From positions 1-31,520 of IMG/VR virus record IMGVR_UViG_3300020599_000169: a stretch of DNA of 31,520 nt; one strand, given 5' to 3'. The notes beneath the pieces were generated by a model, which searched no databases, was not told the DNA's origin, and worked only from the letters and a program-made list of their open reading frames with translations. The position numbers and the translations under genes were made by a program. Positions 1-8,418 of the stretch are shown here, in pieces (position 1 is the first letter of the stretch; each line of letters begins with the position of its first letter). This stretch comes from a virus (taxonomy: Duplodnaviria > Caudoviricetes).

Positions 1-423
1 CTATTTAAAGGGTAAAAATTTTTTGATCATTTTTTCGGGGATACCATACTCATTTACAGCTGTATCAATAGAAATAGATTCTTCGCTTTCATGTGAGAAG
101 AGAAGGGTTACTGCAAATGTGTTGGCTTCTATTTCAATATGATCAGTAGAAAACAATGTATGTTTTTTTAAAAAAGAGGTATTGAATTCAGGATGACAAA
201 TAGCATGTCCTAACTCATGAGCACAAATGAATTTTCTTTGACTATCAGTGGCATTTTGATTTATATGTATTACTTTAATTCTAAAGTGACTACTATAATA
301 TCCAAGTGTATTTCCGAGTTCTTCAAAAACAATCTGAATACCTAGTAACTTCGCAATCTCAAATGGACAACTGGTACCATATTTATTTAGTAATGACTGA
401 ACCTTTTTAACGACTGAATCCAC
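1..423 (-). CDS. immA: ImmA/IrrE-family Zn metallopeptidase (anti-repressor protease)
   Basis: HELGH (HExxH) motif plus downstream E-x-E-A-N-x-F-A; directly downstream of the repressor; GTG start with AGGTG RBS. Confidence 0.92.
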   Translation of the reverse strand: MDSVVKKVQSLLNKYGTSCPFEIAKLLGIQIVFEELGNTLGYYSSHFRIKVIHINQNATDSQRKFICAHELGHAICHPEFNTSFLKKHTLFSTDHIEIEANTFAVTLLFSHESEESISIDTAVNEYGIPEKMIKKFLPFK

Positions 424-433
424 AAAAAAGCAC

Positions 434-889
434 CTACTTACGATATTTTTTTGGAGTGAATTTTTGTTTTGATAATCTTTTTGCTAAACGTAAAGAATTT
501 TCTAAACTTGCTATTAGTAATTCTCTATCTTCCTCATCCATCTCATCTAAGGTTTGTCCATCAAATGCTGCATAACCATTCTCTGAATTTAATCCCTTAA
601 TCATTTTTTCGAGTTCTTTTTGGATATTGCGCTCGTCTTTTTCATTAAGTTCTGGGAGTTTTTCTTCTTTTTTTATATCTTCTCCTGCAGCCATTTTCTC
701 TAATTCATCAGTTGTAATACCTAACCCTTTACAAACTTTGATCACATTATCTACAGAAGCTTTTCCTACACCTCGTTGAAGCATAGATCTCAATGTAGTA
801 GGTGGTAATCCTATTTGTTCAGCAAATGCTTTTTTGCTTAAACCAGTATCAGTTATTAATTTATCTAAAATCTCCGTTCTTTTATCCAA
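434..889 (-). CDS. XRE-family HTH prophage repressor (ImmR/CI-like)
   Basis: N-terminal HTH (LSKKAFAEQIGLPPTTLRSML) and C-terminal KFTPKKYRK typical of ImmA-paired repressors; start reassigned to TTG at 889 behind AAGGAG, because the longer ORF runs through the operator region. Confidence 0.88.
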   Translation of the reverse strand: MDKRTEILDKLITDTGLSKKAFAEQIGLPPTTLRSMLQRGVGKASVDNVIKVCKGLGITTDELEKMAAGEDIKKEEKLPELNEKDERNIQKELEKMIKGLNSENGYAAFDGQTLDEMDEEDRELLIASLENSLRLAKRLSKQKFTPKKYRK

Positions 890-920
890 TTCAATATACT
901 CCTTTGTACAAAATTCATAT

Positions 921-1070
921 ACGAAATTTCGTTCATAACTAAATAATACAATATCAAATTGTCTGTGTAAATAAGAAAGTGGACGAAATTTCGTTTTTAA
1001 ATTGGTTTTTGTTGTTGACAATGAACGAAATTGCGTTTATATTCGAATTATCGAGTGAACGCAATTTCGT
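921..1070. promoter_or_regulatory. Four palindromic operators of the genetic switch, consensus ACGAAATTTCGT
   Basis: ACGAAATTTCGT 921-932 and 983-994, ACGAAATTGCGT 1025-1036, ACGCAATTTCGT 1059-1070, between the divergent repressor and cro genes. Confidence 0.88.
1015..1043 (+). promoter_or_regulatory. SigA-type early lytic promoter
   Basis: TTGACA (1015-1020), 17 bp spacer, TATATT (1038-1043); one operator lies in the spacer. Confidence 0.82.
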
Positions 1071-1097
1071 TCATTTTGAGGGGGGGTGATCCAAAAC

Positions 1098-1310
1098 ATG
1101 CATAAAAACCTTCGTGCGGAAATGGACCGTAAAGGCATCACTCTAATTGATATATCAAAGCTTTTAGGTCTCCGCTACGGTACTGTGGTCGATAAAGTGA
1201 ATGGAAAATATAGGTTCTATTACAATGAAGCCCTCGAAATAAAACGTCACTTTTTCCCAGACCACGATATTGAGTACTTATTTGAAAGTGAAAAAAATCA
1301 GCCCGCATAA
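1098..1310 (+). CDS. Cro-like HTH regulator
   Basis: 70-aa XRE HTH (NLRAEMDRKGITLIDISKLLG...IEYLF), divergent from the repressor; ATG 1098 after GAGGGGGG. Confidence 0.85.
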   Translation: MHKNLRAEMDRKGITLIDISKLLGLRYGTVVDKVNGKYRFYYNEALEIKRHFFPDHDIEYLFESEKNQPA

Positions 1311-1329
1311 ATGAAAGGTGGTGAATTTT

Positions 1330-1602
1330 TTGCAAATTGCGGAAGTTACTGTGAATGTAAATCAAAACGAAATTAAAGAGTACGTAAACAAAAAACTCGA
1401 TGAATCAATTCAGGAAGTACTCTTTATATGGGACATTGAACAAATGTCAAAGAGAACATGTATGAGTAAATCATTCTTGGAGAACGAGTTCCTTCGTGAT
1501 CCAAGAATGAAAATACTAGAAAGACGTAAGGAAAAAGGTAAACGCTTTTGGTTCTATGAAGAATCAAAAAGAGTTATTAAAGAAATTATGGACGAATGGT
1601 AA
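1330..1602 (+). CDS. Small DNA-binding phage protein (possibly excisionase-like winged helix)
   Basis: [18 protein letters not shown]...KRFW pattern; position after cro; TTG start behind AAAGGTGGTG. Confidence 0.55.
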   Translation: MQIAEVTVNVNQNEIKEYVNKKLDESIQEVLFIWDIEQMSKRTCMSKSFLENEFLRDPRMKILERRKEKGKRFWFYEESKRVIKEIMDEW

Positions 1603-1648
1603 TAAACTGCGTGGACAGACGCATTTGATTAGGGAGAGGAGGGCACAT

Positions 1649-2482
1649 ATGCAAATATTTAAGAATGATCTATTTGAAGTTGCAGCAAAAGTTGAAAATG
1701 ATCAGATTTTATTTGACGTTGAACAAGTAGCTTTGTGCTTGGGTTTTTTTGAAATAAAGAACAATAAGAAATACGTTATGTGGAGAAGGATAAACAGTTA
1801 TATTAAACCTTTCGGCACAAGTGCCGAAGAAAATACAAATTCTCCACAAGTGGGGAAAGGAGATTTAATTCCAGAACCGCTTGTTTATAAATTAGCTTTT
1901 AAAGCATCCAATGAAGTAGCTGAAAAATTTCAAGATTGGTTAGCGATAGATGTTATTCCATCTATCCGAAAACATGGTGCATATGCTACACCTCAAACAA
2001 TTGATCTTATATTAAACGATCCTGACTTTGGGATTAAGTTGTTAACTACTTTAAAGCAAGAACGGGATGAAAAAGCAGCTCTATTAATTGAGAGTAAAGC
2101 AAAAGACGAAGTTATTAAAGATCTTAAACCAAAAGCAGATTACACTGAAATGATTCTGAAAAATAAAGGTTTAGTTACTGTAAATCAAATCGCTAAAGAT
2201 TATGGTATGTCCGCAAGAGAAATGAATAAGTTGCTACATAGCTTAAAGGTTCAGTACAAACAGGGAAATCAGTGGCTCTTATACAGAAAATACGATAGTA
2301 GCGGATATGTTCATTCCGAGACTATTCAAATTACTCGGAGTGATGGAAGACCAGATATTGCAATGAATACTAAATGGACTCAAAAGGGTCGCCTGTTCAT
2401 TTATAACCTCTTGAAAGGTGAAGGTATTTTACCAGTAATTGAGAGGGTGTATCCGGTCAAAGATTCGAAAGGGGCTATTTAA
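1649..2482 (+). CDS. Phage antirepressor (Bro-N plus KilA-C/ANT domains)
   Basis: AEKFQDWLAIDVIPSIRKHGAY (Bro-N) and KPKADY...VTVNQIAKDYGMSA...TKWTQKGRLFIY (KilAC); ATG behind GAGGAGG. Confidence 0.92.
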   Translation: MQIFKNDLFEVAAKVENDQILFDVEQVALCLGFFEIKNNKKYVMWRRINSYIKPFGTSAEENTNSPQVGKGDLIPEPLVYKLAFKASNEVAEKFQDWLAIDVIPSIRKHGAYATPQTIDLILNDPDFGIKLLTTLKQERDEKAALLIESKAKDEVIKDLKPKADYTEMILKNKGLVTVNQIAKDYGMSAREMNKLLHSLKVQYKQGNQWLLYRKYDSSGYVHSETIQITRSDGRPDIAMNTKWTQKGRLFIYNLLKGEGILPVIERVYPVKDSKGAI

Positions 2483-2568
2483 TGGGGTACCTATTCTTTG
2501 GGGGAATTTTGTTCACTTTAATTCTAATTTTCATTTTATTATCTGCCGCTACTGGTTATATGGATTAG
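2482..2568 (+). CDS. 28-aa single-pass membrane peptide (not in ORF track)
   Basis: MGYLFFGGILFTLILIFILLSAATGYMD; TAATG coupling to the antirepressor stop; AAAGGGG upstream. Confidence 0.55.
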   Translation: MGYLFFGGILFTLILIFILLSAATGYMD

Positions 2569-2607
2569 TTTGCTTTCGATGGAAAAAGCGAAGGAGAGGA
2601 AAAGATT

Positions 2608-2910
2608 ATGAAATTTTATTTTGAATTTAACGAACATGAATACTATGGATTAATTACTGTATCAGTTGATGATAACGATTTTGTTACAAAACCACACAAA
2701 AAAGCAGCCGAAATATATGCCGAAGTTATTGCGGGCGAAAACGCCATTCAAGTACTAGATGAAGCTCTACCGCATGAACGAACCGAACATTATGCACTAG
2801 CTACATTTGTTAGGGGCATACATGAAAACAACCCTACTATAAGGGATTTATTAAAACAATTTGATGAAACCGAAAATGATGTTTTGTTAATTGATAGTTC
2901 TTTTAAGTAA
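2608..2910 (+). CDS. Hypothetical phage protein
   Basis: 100-aa ORF with AAGGAGAGG RBS. Confidence 0.75.
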   Translation: MKFYFEFNEHEYYGLITVSVDDNDFVTKPHKKAAEIYAEVIAGENAIQVLDEALPHERTEHYALATFVRGIHENNPTIRDLLKQFDETENDVLLIDSSFK

Positions 2911-2942
2911 TTCATTTTTAGCTTAAATAATTGATTTTAATC

Positions 2943-2974
2943 AAAAAAATAAGCAAGTGCTACAACACCTGCTT
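2943..2974 (-). terminator. Minus-strand intrinsic terminator
   Basis: AAGCAGGUG/CACUUGCUU stem (G-U pair valid only on minus strand) followed by a U7 tract. Confidence 0.55.
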
Positions 2975-3111
2975 AAGAACGAAACATTGAAATTTGATTA
3001 AACAATAACATGGATTAATTCTTTTAGCAAGTAAAGGGAAGTTTTGTTCCTTCCTTTTACTTCAATTTATGCAGTGATTAGGACAAGTATTCCAAGAAGG
3101 GATAACATTTC

Positions 3112-3303
3112 ATGAAAGTAATTGAAGTTATTATACCTCACTGTTATTTATGGATGACTGAACACATCCAGGATAGAGATAAAAGGGCAGAATTATTCAA
3201 TAAATATGTTGAAGGATATGTGATGCTACATTATCACGATCTAAATTTTGTTCGAGTTGAAAATATGAAAGCAATATGTGAGAGGAAGGATATGCATGGC
3301 TAA
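3112..3303 (+). CDS. Hypothetical phage protein
   Basis: 63-aa ORF, AAGGGA RBS, overlaps the start of the initiator gene. Confidence 0.7.
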   Translation: MKVIEVIIPHCYLWMTEHIQDRDKRAELFNKYVEGYVMLHYHDLNFVRVENMKAICERKDMHG

Positions 3304-4279
3304 ATTCAGGATGGTTCATACAGAGTTTTGGAACGATCCGAAGGTAGTGGAAGAAATGACACCTGAAGACAAATACTTCTTCCTTTATCTTTTAACAAAC
3401 TCTAATACTACACAAATTGGAATATACCAAATTACTAAAAAGCAAATGGCCTTTGATATTGGACATTCAATTGAAGCGGTAAATGCTGTACTAGATAGAT
3501 TTATTAGGCACCATAATCTTGTTCGTTACAATGATCAAACTCGAGAAATAGCAATCAAGAATTGGGGTAAATACAACTTCAATCGAGGTGGTAAACCTGT
3601 CTTAGATTGTGTGCAATCCGAGCTAAAACAAGTAAAAGATATTTCATTAATTCAATTTGTCGGTGAACGTGTCGAGAAGGAAGAAATCAAAAAACTTTAC
3701 GAGTCGTATTACGTTACGTATGACGATACGTCAGAAGATGAAGAATCCAATGATATCAATGGTTTAGACGATTCGCCTACGATACGTGGACAAGAAGAAG
3801 AAAAAGAAGAAGAAAAAGAAGAAGAAGAAGAAGCAGAAGTAAATAAAACCGCTCAACCTACTGCTTCTGAATTCTTCCAACAAAATTTTGGATTAATAAA
3901 TCCATTCATTGGTGAAAACATTTTGTACTGGGAAAAAGATTTAGGTACCGAACTTGTGATTGAAGCAATGAAACGAGCTCTAAAACAGAATCAAAGAAAA
4001 TGGAGCTATGCAGAGGGCATTTTAAAAGACTGGTTAACCAACAATGTTCGAACCATTCAAGATGTACTTGCCCACGATAAAGAATTCGAAAACAGAATTT
4101 CAAGGCAAAGGAGAAATAACGCTCCTGTCCGTACTGAACAAATACCTGAATTTTTAAAGGGTGAAGAAGCTCCGAAAGAAAATAAACAACCAACACCTGA
4201 AGAAATCGAAGCCTTCGAAAGAGAAAAGGCGAAATTATTTGGACGTATTCAGAAATACAAGGCATCACAAAGTGGTTGA
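3296..4279 (+). CDS. Phage replication initiator (N-terminal winged-helix region, C-terminal DnaD/DnaB_2 domain)
   Basis: FRMVHTEFWNDPKV...YLLTN N-terminus; ELVIEAMKRA...WSYAEGILKDW DnaD motif; acidic linker. Confidence 0.9.
   Translation: MAKFRMVHTEFWNDPKVVEEMTPEDKYFFLYLLTNSNTTQIGIYQITKKQMAFDIGHSIEAVNAVLDRFIRHHNLVRYNDQTREIAIKNWGKYNFNRGGKPVLDCVQSELKQVKDISLIQFVGERVEKEEIKKLYESYYVTYDDTSEDEESNDINGLDDSPTIRGQEEEKEEEKEEEEEAEVNKTAQPTASEFFQQNFGLINPFIGENILYWEKDLGTELVIEAMKRALKQNQRKWSYAEGILKDWLTNNVRTIQDVLAHDKEFENRISRQRRNNAPVRTEQIPEFLKGEEAPKENKQPTPEEIEAFEREKAKLFGRIQKYKASQSG
3699..3840. repeat. Putative replication origin: five ACG-N3-CG(T/C) iterons followed by a purine (GAA) tract
   Basis: ACGAGTCGT 3699, ACGTTACGT 3711, ACGATACGT 3723, ACGATTCGC 3768, ACGATACGT 3779; then (GAA)n from about 3794 to 3839, inside the initiator gene. 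Confidence 0.55.
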
Positions 4280-4283
4280 TTAA

Positions 4284-4499
4284 ATGGGTGATATCTATAT
4301 TGCTCTTTTACATTGCGATCTAGACTGGACAGAAAAAGAAGTGGCCTTTGTCGAGAAAATGTGGAAAGGCGGTTATTCAATAACTGATATTGCTAAAAAG
4401 GTTAGGAGACCAATAAAAGATGTGTTCGTGTTGATCTATGACCGTGCTGAACTAGGGTACCTTAAGCCGAGAAAGGGGAGTGTGTTTGGTGATATGTGA
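4284..4499 (+). CDS. Small HTH-domain protein
   Basis: MWKGGYSITDIAKKVRR HTH-like pattern. Confidence 0.7.
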   Translation: MGDIYIALLHCDLDWTEKEVAFVEKMWKGGYSITDIAKKVRRPIKDVFVLIYDRAELGYLKPRKGSVFGDM

Positions 4500-4854
4500 G
4501 AAACGATTAAAGAGTCTTCAAAGAACTCATGAATTATTTATAAACAACTGTGAAGGTTGTAAGAAAAATAAAGGATCAAGTGTTGCTGCATGTAAGAAGT
4601 GTCCTGTTGGAAAAGAAATGAAGGCGATCGGAAATAGTTTAATGTCTCGAAAAAGAAAGATTGATGAAGTATTAGCTAAAGGACCAGATATGACTAAAAG
4701 TGATATTAAATTTCTTCTAGAAAACGATATTCGTAGAGTTGATATCAGAAGAGCAGTTGGGATGTACCAGGCAGAATTCCAAGAATTATTGTGCAATTGG
4801 GGATTGTTAAAAAAGCAGGAAATTGCAGAAAAGAAAATGGAGGGCATTTTATGA
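4489..4854 (+). CDS. Zinc-finger domain phage protein (DUF2602-like)
   Basis: CEGC...CKKCPVGKEMKAIG; GTG start behind AAAGGGGAG. Confidence 0.7.
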   Translation: MICEKRLKSLQRTHELFINNCEGCKKNKGSSVAACKKCPVGKEMKAIGNSLMSRKRKIDEVLAKGPDMTKSDIKFLLENDIRRVDIRRAVGMYQAEFQELLCNWGLLKKQEIAEKKMEGIL

Positions 4855-5348
4855 GTTATGCCAATAGAGGAAAGGCCCTTCAAATCTTAGTTGAACATAC
4901 CAACAACACGTATAAGCACAAGGGTTGGGCTGTTGTGGATGAGGTACCAATCCCAATAACAATTACCGAAGATCGAGGTAGATATATAAAGGGATTTAAG
5001 AAAGGCAAAAGCACCGTTGATTATGTTGGTATATCACAAGGTCGAGGAATTGCATTTGATGCGAAAAGCACGAAAGAAACTAGTAGGTTCCCTTTAGACA
5101 ATGTTCACGATCATCAAGTTGAATATTTAAAGAAATTTAAAGACCAAGGCGGTATAGCATTCTTATTAATCGAGTTTGAGAAATTAAAAGAATTCTATTT
5201 TGTCCCTATCGATTTCTTTCATGAGTATTGGGAAGCAGCAAAGAACGGTGGTCGAAAATCTATCCCATACACGGATATTCAGTTGAACTGTGAACGTATC
5301 AAAACTGAAAGGGGTGTTGCTCTCGATTATCTAGCCCATTGCAATTAA
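4851..5348 (+). CDS. recU: Holliday junction resolvase RecU
   Basis: MSYANRG..., KSTVDYVG, IAFDAKST, NVHDHQVEYL, GGRKSIP motifs. Confidence 0.93.
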   Translation: MSYANRGKALQILVEHTNNTYKHKGWAVVDEVPIPITITEDRGRYIKGFKKGKSTVDYVGISQGRGIAFDAKSTKETSRFPLDNVHDHQVEYLKKFKDQGGIAFLLIEFEKLKEFYFVPIDFFHEYWEAAKNGGRKSIPYTDIQLNCERIKTERGVALDYLAHCN

Positions 5349-5371
5349 CCAAAATTTGAGGAGGAATCATT

Positions 5372-5761
5372 GTGGAACAAAAAATTATTGATCTTAATAC
5401 TTTTGCAGATGGAGCGGTATCTGAACGCTTTAACTTGGAACTTCAAAGAGTTCTTGAAAACTTTGCGGACTTAAACACGGATCCTAAAGCAAAAAGACAA
5501 ATTAATTTGGTTGTTACGTTACATGGTGATGAAGCAAGGGATGTAATTTTAGCTGATGTACAAGCAAAGACAAAACTTGCTCCAGCTAAGAAGTTAGAAG
5601 CAAAAATCATCATGGACTATGACGAAACGGGCAAAGTAACGGGATCAGAGCTAAAGTCAGGAATTAAGGGGCAAACATACTTAGATGTTGAAACAGAGGA
5701 GATCCAAGAGGATAACGGTACAAAAGTTTATAGTTTTAGAAAACAAGAGGAGGCTAACTAA
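5372..5761 (+). CDS. Conserved phage protein (family often labelled 'replication terminator protein')
   Basis: FADGAVSERF...NTDPKAKRQI...KTKLAP; GAGGAGG RBS; typically paired with the next gene. Confidence 0.6.
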   Translation: MEQKIIDLNTFADGAVSERFNLELQRVLENFADLNTDPKAKRQINLVVTLHGDEARDVILADVQAKTKLAPAKKLEAKIIMDYDETGKVTGSELKSGIKGQTYLDVETEEIQEDNGTKVYSFRKQEEAN

Positions 5762-5763
5762 TT

Positions 5764-6474
5764 ATGTTAAGTAGAGAAGCGATTGAATATATTGTAGGTC
5801 TTGGAGTAACTGATATTTACGAGGAAAATGGACAACATTATTCCACAAATAAATTGCACTTGTTAGAAGAGCCTAGAGCAGCACAATTGGAAGTTCATAG
5901 CTTATCTGGAATTGTAGAATACTTGAAATCTAAATTTGATGGTGAATTCGCTATGATGGTTCACGTAGAATCACCTACAGAAGTAACCGTATTTACTCAG
6001 TTAAACAACGATAGAAAACGAGAATACTTGGTTAGAGCCACCGCAATGTTGCCAAGTTTCCGCTTTGAGAATTGGTACGATCCAGAAACCTTTAACATCA
6101 AATTACAATCCGCTTTTGTGCAAAATGTTGATCGTGATGTGGTCTTAAAAGTTGTAGGCAACATCAAAGAGGAAGACGTAAAGACATATGGTGATAACGG
6201 AGTAACCCAAACTGTTACTGCAAAAGTAGGTGTTGCTCAAGTGGGACAAGTTGAGGTTCCTAATCCGGTATCATTGGCACCATACAGAACGTTTGTAGAA
6301 GTAGAACAACCACCAAGTAATTTTGTATTCAGAATGAAAAATGGACCAACTGCAGCTCTGTTTGAAGCGGATGGTGGAGCTTGGAAATTAGAAGCAATGA
6401 AGAATATTAAAACATACTTAGAAGAACAACTTGCTGAAGAGTTAGAAGTCGGAAAAATCACAATTATAGCATAA
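5764..6474 (+). CDS. Conserved phage protein (possibly YfdQ/DUF2303-like)
   Basis: DNGVTQTV...VPNPVSLAPYRTFVEVEQP...ALFEADGGAWK conserved phage motif. Confidence 0.6.
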   Translation: MLSREAIEYIVGLGVTDIYEENGQHYSTNKLHLLEEPRAAQLEVHSLSGIVEYLKSKFDGEFAMMVHVESPTEVTVFTQLNNDRKREYLVRATAMLPSFRFENWYDPETFNIKLQSAFVQNVDRDVVLKVVGNIKEEDVKTYGDNGVTQTVTAKVGVAQVGQVEVPNPVSLAPYRTFVEVEQPPSNFVFRMKNGPTAALFEADGGAWKLEAMKNIKTYLEEQLAEELEVGKITIIA

Positions 6475-6647
6475 TGAAAGTTCTTATTGCAGATGACCGG
6501 CCGGATTGGATGAAGAGAGAAGATGAGGTAATGGCGTGTATGACACGCTGTTCCTCCTTCAAAAGATGTTCATCAAGGATTGGAGCAGAATGCAAAAGAT
6601 TAGGTGGAAATCAAATACCTAAGATTAATAACTTTCAAAAGAGGTGA
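6474..6647 (+). CDS. 57-aa Cys-rich hypothetical protein (not in ORF track)
   Basis: MKVLIADDRPDWMKREDEVMACMTRCSSFKRCSSRIGAECKRLGGNQIPK...; TAATG coupling; fills the gap between neighbours. Confidence 0.7.
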   Translation: MKVLIADDRPDWMKREDEVMACMTRCSSFKRCSSRIGAECKRLGGNQIPKINNFQKR

Positions 6648-6653
6648 TCCGCT

Positions 6654-6920
6654 TTGAGTAAGTTACTTAGAAAGATTAGTAGGAACATAGGGAAAGAAGA
6701 TCATGCTGTTATCCATTCCAAAATGCTTGAAGCATATAACCTAGGTAAAGATATGGGTCGTGTGCAAGGACAAGAACTTGGAGCAAAGAGACAACAGGAG
6801 CAAGATAACGAGCTTTTAAACAAATGGTTTGACCAGTTAAAAACTGTACCTGGTGTTGGTGAAAAGTTATCTGAAAGAATCCTAGATAATTTCAACAAAT
6901 TCTTAGGAGGCAAAGGATGA
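6654..6920 (+). CDS. Hypothetical protein with a C-terminal helix-hairpin-helix-like motif
   Basis: LKTVPGVGEKLSERIL; GAGGTGA RBS. Confidence 0.7.
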   Translation: MSKLLRKISRNIGKEDHAVIHSKMLEAYNLGKDMGRVQGQELGAKRQQEQDNELLNKWFDQLKTVPGVGEKLSERILDNFNKFLGGKG

Positions 6921-7435
6921 ATCTAGATAAGATATTCGAGCTTCAAAGGAATCTCGATAAACATATTGAACTTGAGCATCCATATCAAGAGGGAGAGGAT
7001 CGGTTCGAAAAGAAGATCCTTGCACTAATGGTTGAAGTAGCAGAACTAGCAAATGAAACCAGATGTTTTAAGTACTGGAGTAATAAAGCACCAGCTGAAA
7101 AAGGAAGAATCCTAGAAGAGTACGTAGATGGCATTCACTTTTTTATTAGCTTAGCAATAGACTTTGGCATTAAACCTAATGAGCTCGTTGTAACCTGTGA
7201 CTATACAGAGGAAACAATTGAGAAATCATTTAATACATTGTTTCATTGGATTAGTGACATATCGCAAGTATTAAAGTTTCAGGTGCCTTTTAGATTGGAG
7301 ACAGAGCTATTAGTTTCATTCTCTTTATATATCAATATAGCAGAGAAATTTCTTGATTTCACATGGGAAGAGATCGAGCAAGCCTATATTAATAAAAACA
7401 AAATCAACCATGAACGACAGGAGAGCGGTTATTAA
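6917..7435 (+). CDS. dut: Dimeric (all-alpha) dUTPase
   Basis: ALMVEVAELANETRCFKYWS, LEEYVDGIHF, KNKINHERQESGY. Confidence 0.92.
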   Translation: MNLDKIFELQRNLDKHIELEHPYQEGEDRFEKKILALMVEVAELANETRCFKYWSNKAPAEKGRILEEYVDGIHFFISLAIDFGIKPNELVVTCDYTEETIEKSFNTLFHWISDISQVLKFQVPFRLETELLVSFSLYINIAEKFLDFTWEEIEQAYINKNKINHERQESGY

Positions 7436-7605
7436 TGTATATCGTAAATGTTAGAAAAATGCCTTTTGGTGGGTATGAAACTAAAAAATTTGAAATGCTT
7501 GATGAAGCTCAGGAGTTAGTAAGAGAACTTTTTGCAGCTGGTTATCAGGATGTAATTCTTTCACAAGAAATTCCTATGAAGGTAACAGTTAGTGTTGAAT
7601 TTTAA
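7435..7605 (+). CDS. 56-aa hypothetical protein (not in ORF track)
   Basis: MYIVNVRKMPFGGYETKKFEMLDEAQELVRELFAAGYQDVILSQEIPMKVTVSVEF; TAATG coupling. Confidence 0.7.
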   Translation: MYIVNVRKMPFGGYETKKFEMLDEAQELVRELFAAGYQDVILSQEIPMKVTVSVEF

Positions 7606-7619
7606 AGGAGCGGATAAAT

Positions 7620-7736
7620 ATGAAGAATAAATTTGTTAGCTGCAGTGTTTGTTTCTCAATGGTATCAATTAAAGAATCGGCTATTGTTGATAAAAAGCGT
7701 GTTTGCCTTAAGTGTCGGGGCAAAGCAAAACATTAA
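7620..7736 (+). CDS. 38-aa C4 zinc-finger peptide (not in ORF track)
   Basis: MKNKFVSCSVCFSMVSIKESAIVDKKRVCLKCRGKAKH; AAGGAG RBS. Confidence 0.7.
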   Translation: MKNKFVSCSVCFSMVSIKESAIVDKKRVCLKCRGKAKH

Positions 7737-7737
7737 G

Positions 7738-7950
7738 ATGCAGCAACTATCAATCTTTGATGTTATCGAAAGTGTCCCTCAAGCTGGTGATCGGATCGAA
7801 ACCAAGCAAGGAATAATTAGGATTATAGGTACTCGAAAAGCTTGGAATTCAAATACAGAGTTAATTTTATTTGCAGATCCAAAGAAAACGTTAATGGGAA
7901 TGACGCTTAATGAATTGAAAAAATACATTGAAGGTGGAGAAATAAGCTAG
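7738..7950 (+). CDS. Hypothetical protein with an N-terminal QLSIF motif
   Basis: ATG immediately after the previous stop; MQQLSIFDVIES... Confidence 0.65.
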   Translation: MQQLSIFDVIESVPQAGDRIETKQGIIRIIGTRKAWNSNTELILFADPKKTLMGMTLNELKKYIEGGEIS

Positions 7951-7983
7951 GGAATCGATGGAAATTATCAAGGAGGATAATCA

Positions 7984-8208
7984 ATGAGCGAAGATAGAAG
8001 TTTATGGGTCACAAAAGAACAATTAGATACACCATTATGCGATATTTTCTCAGGAACAAAAACAAATGGTACAGCCAGAATCTATGTGAGTACTGCTGAA
8101 GCCCTTCTTGGACTAAAGCCAGTTGTTTTAGAGGAAATGAGCTACGAGGAAATGAACAGATATATTGATTGTTTAGACCTTCGAATCGCTAAGTTAGCTG
8201 AAGATTGA
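7984..8208 (+). CDS. Hypothetical protein
   Basis: 74 aa, AAGGAGG RBS. Confidence 0.75.
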   Translation: MSEDRSLWVTKEQLDTPLCDIFSGTKTNGTARIYVSTAEALLGLKPVVLEEMSYEEMNRYIDCLDLRIAKLAED

Positions 8209-8213
8209 CCTAA

Positions 8214-8336
8214 AAAGCGACACAATTCTTGTTAGATCGTGACATAAAGGTTAGCGATGCAGAGAATCTTTCAGAATTAGTTAAAGAGATCCATGCAGCC
8301 AAGAATCGTATTCAACAATCAATAAACAATCTCTAA
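8214..8336 (+). pseudogene. Headless 3' gene fragment
   Basis: Open frame KATQFLLDRDIKVSDAENLSELVKEIHAAKNRIQQSINNL* looks helical and coding-like but has no RBS-supported start and is preceded by an in-frame TAA. Confidence 0.35.
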
Positions 8337-8418
8337 GGTATTTTTATCCACAACTTAGTGTTAATAAACTAAATAAATGTGTATATATTCATGTATTCAT
8401 ATAAGGGAGCGGAGCATA

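Noticed and set aside
890-1021. N-terminal extension of the repressor in the ORF track (likewise 28333-28527 for the second HTH)
   Set aside because: The extensions run through operator and promoter DNA; strong RBSs support the shorter starts
1608-1624. TGCGT-GGACAG-ACGCA hairpin as a terminator or recombination site
   Set aside because: Short stem, no U tract and poor fit to the site alignment; function not supportable
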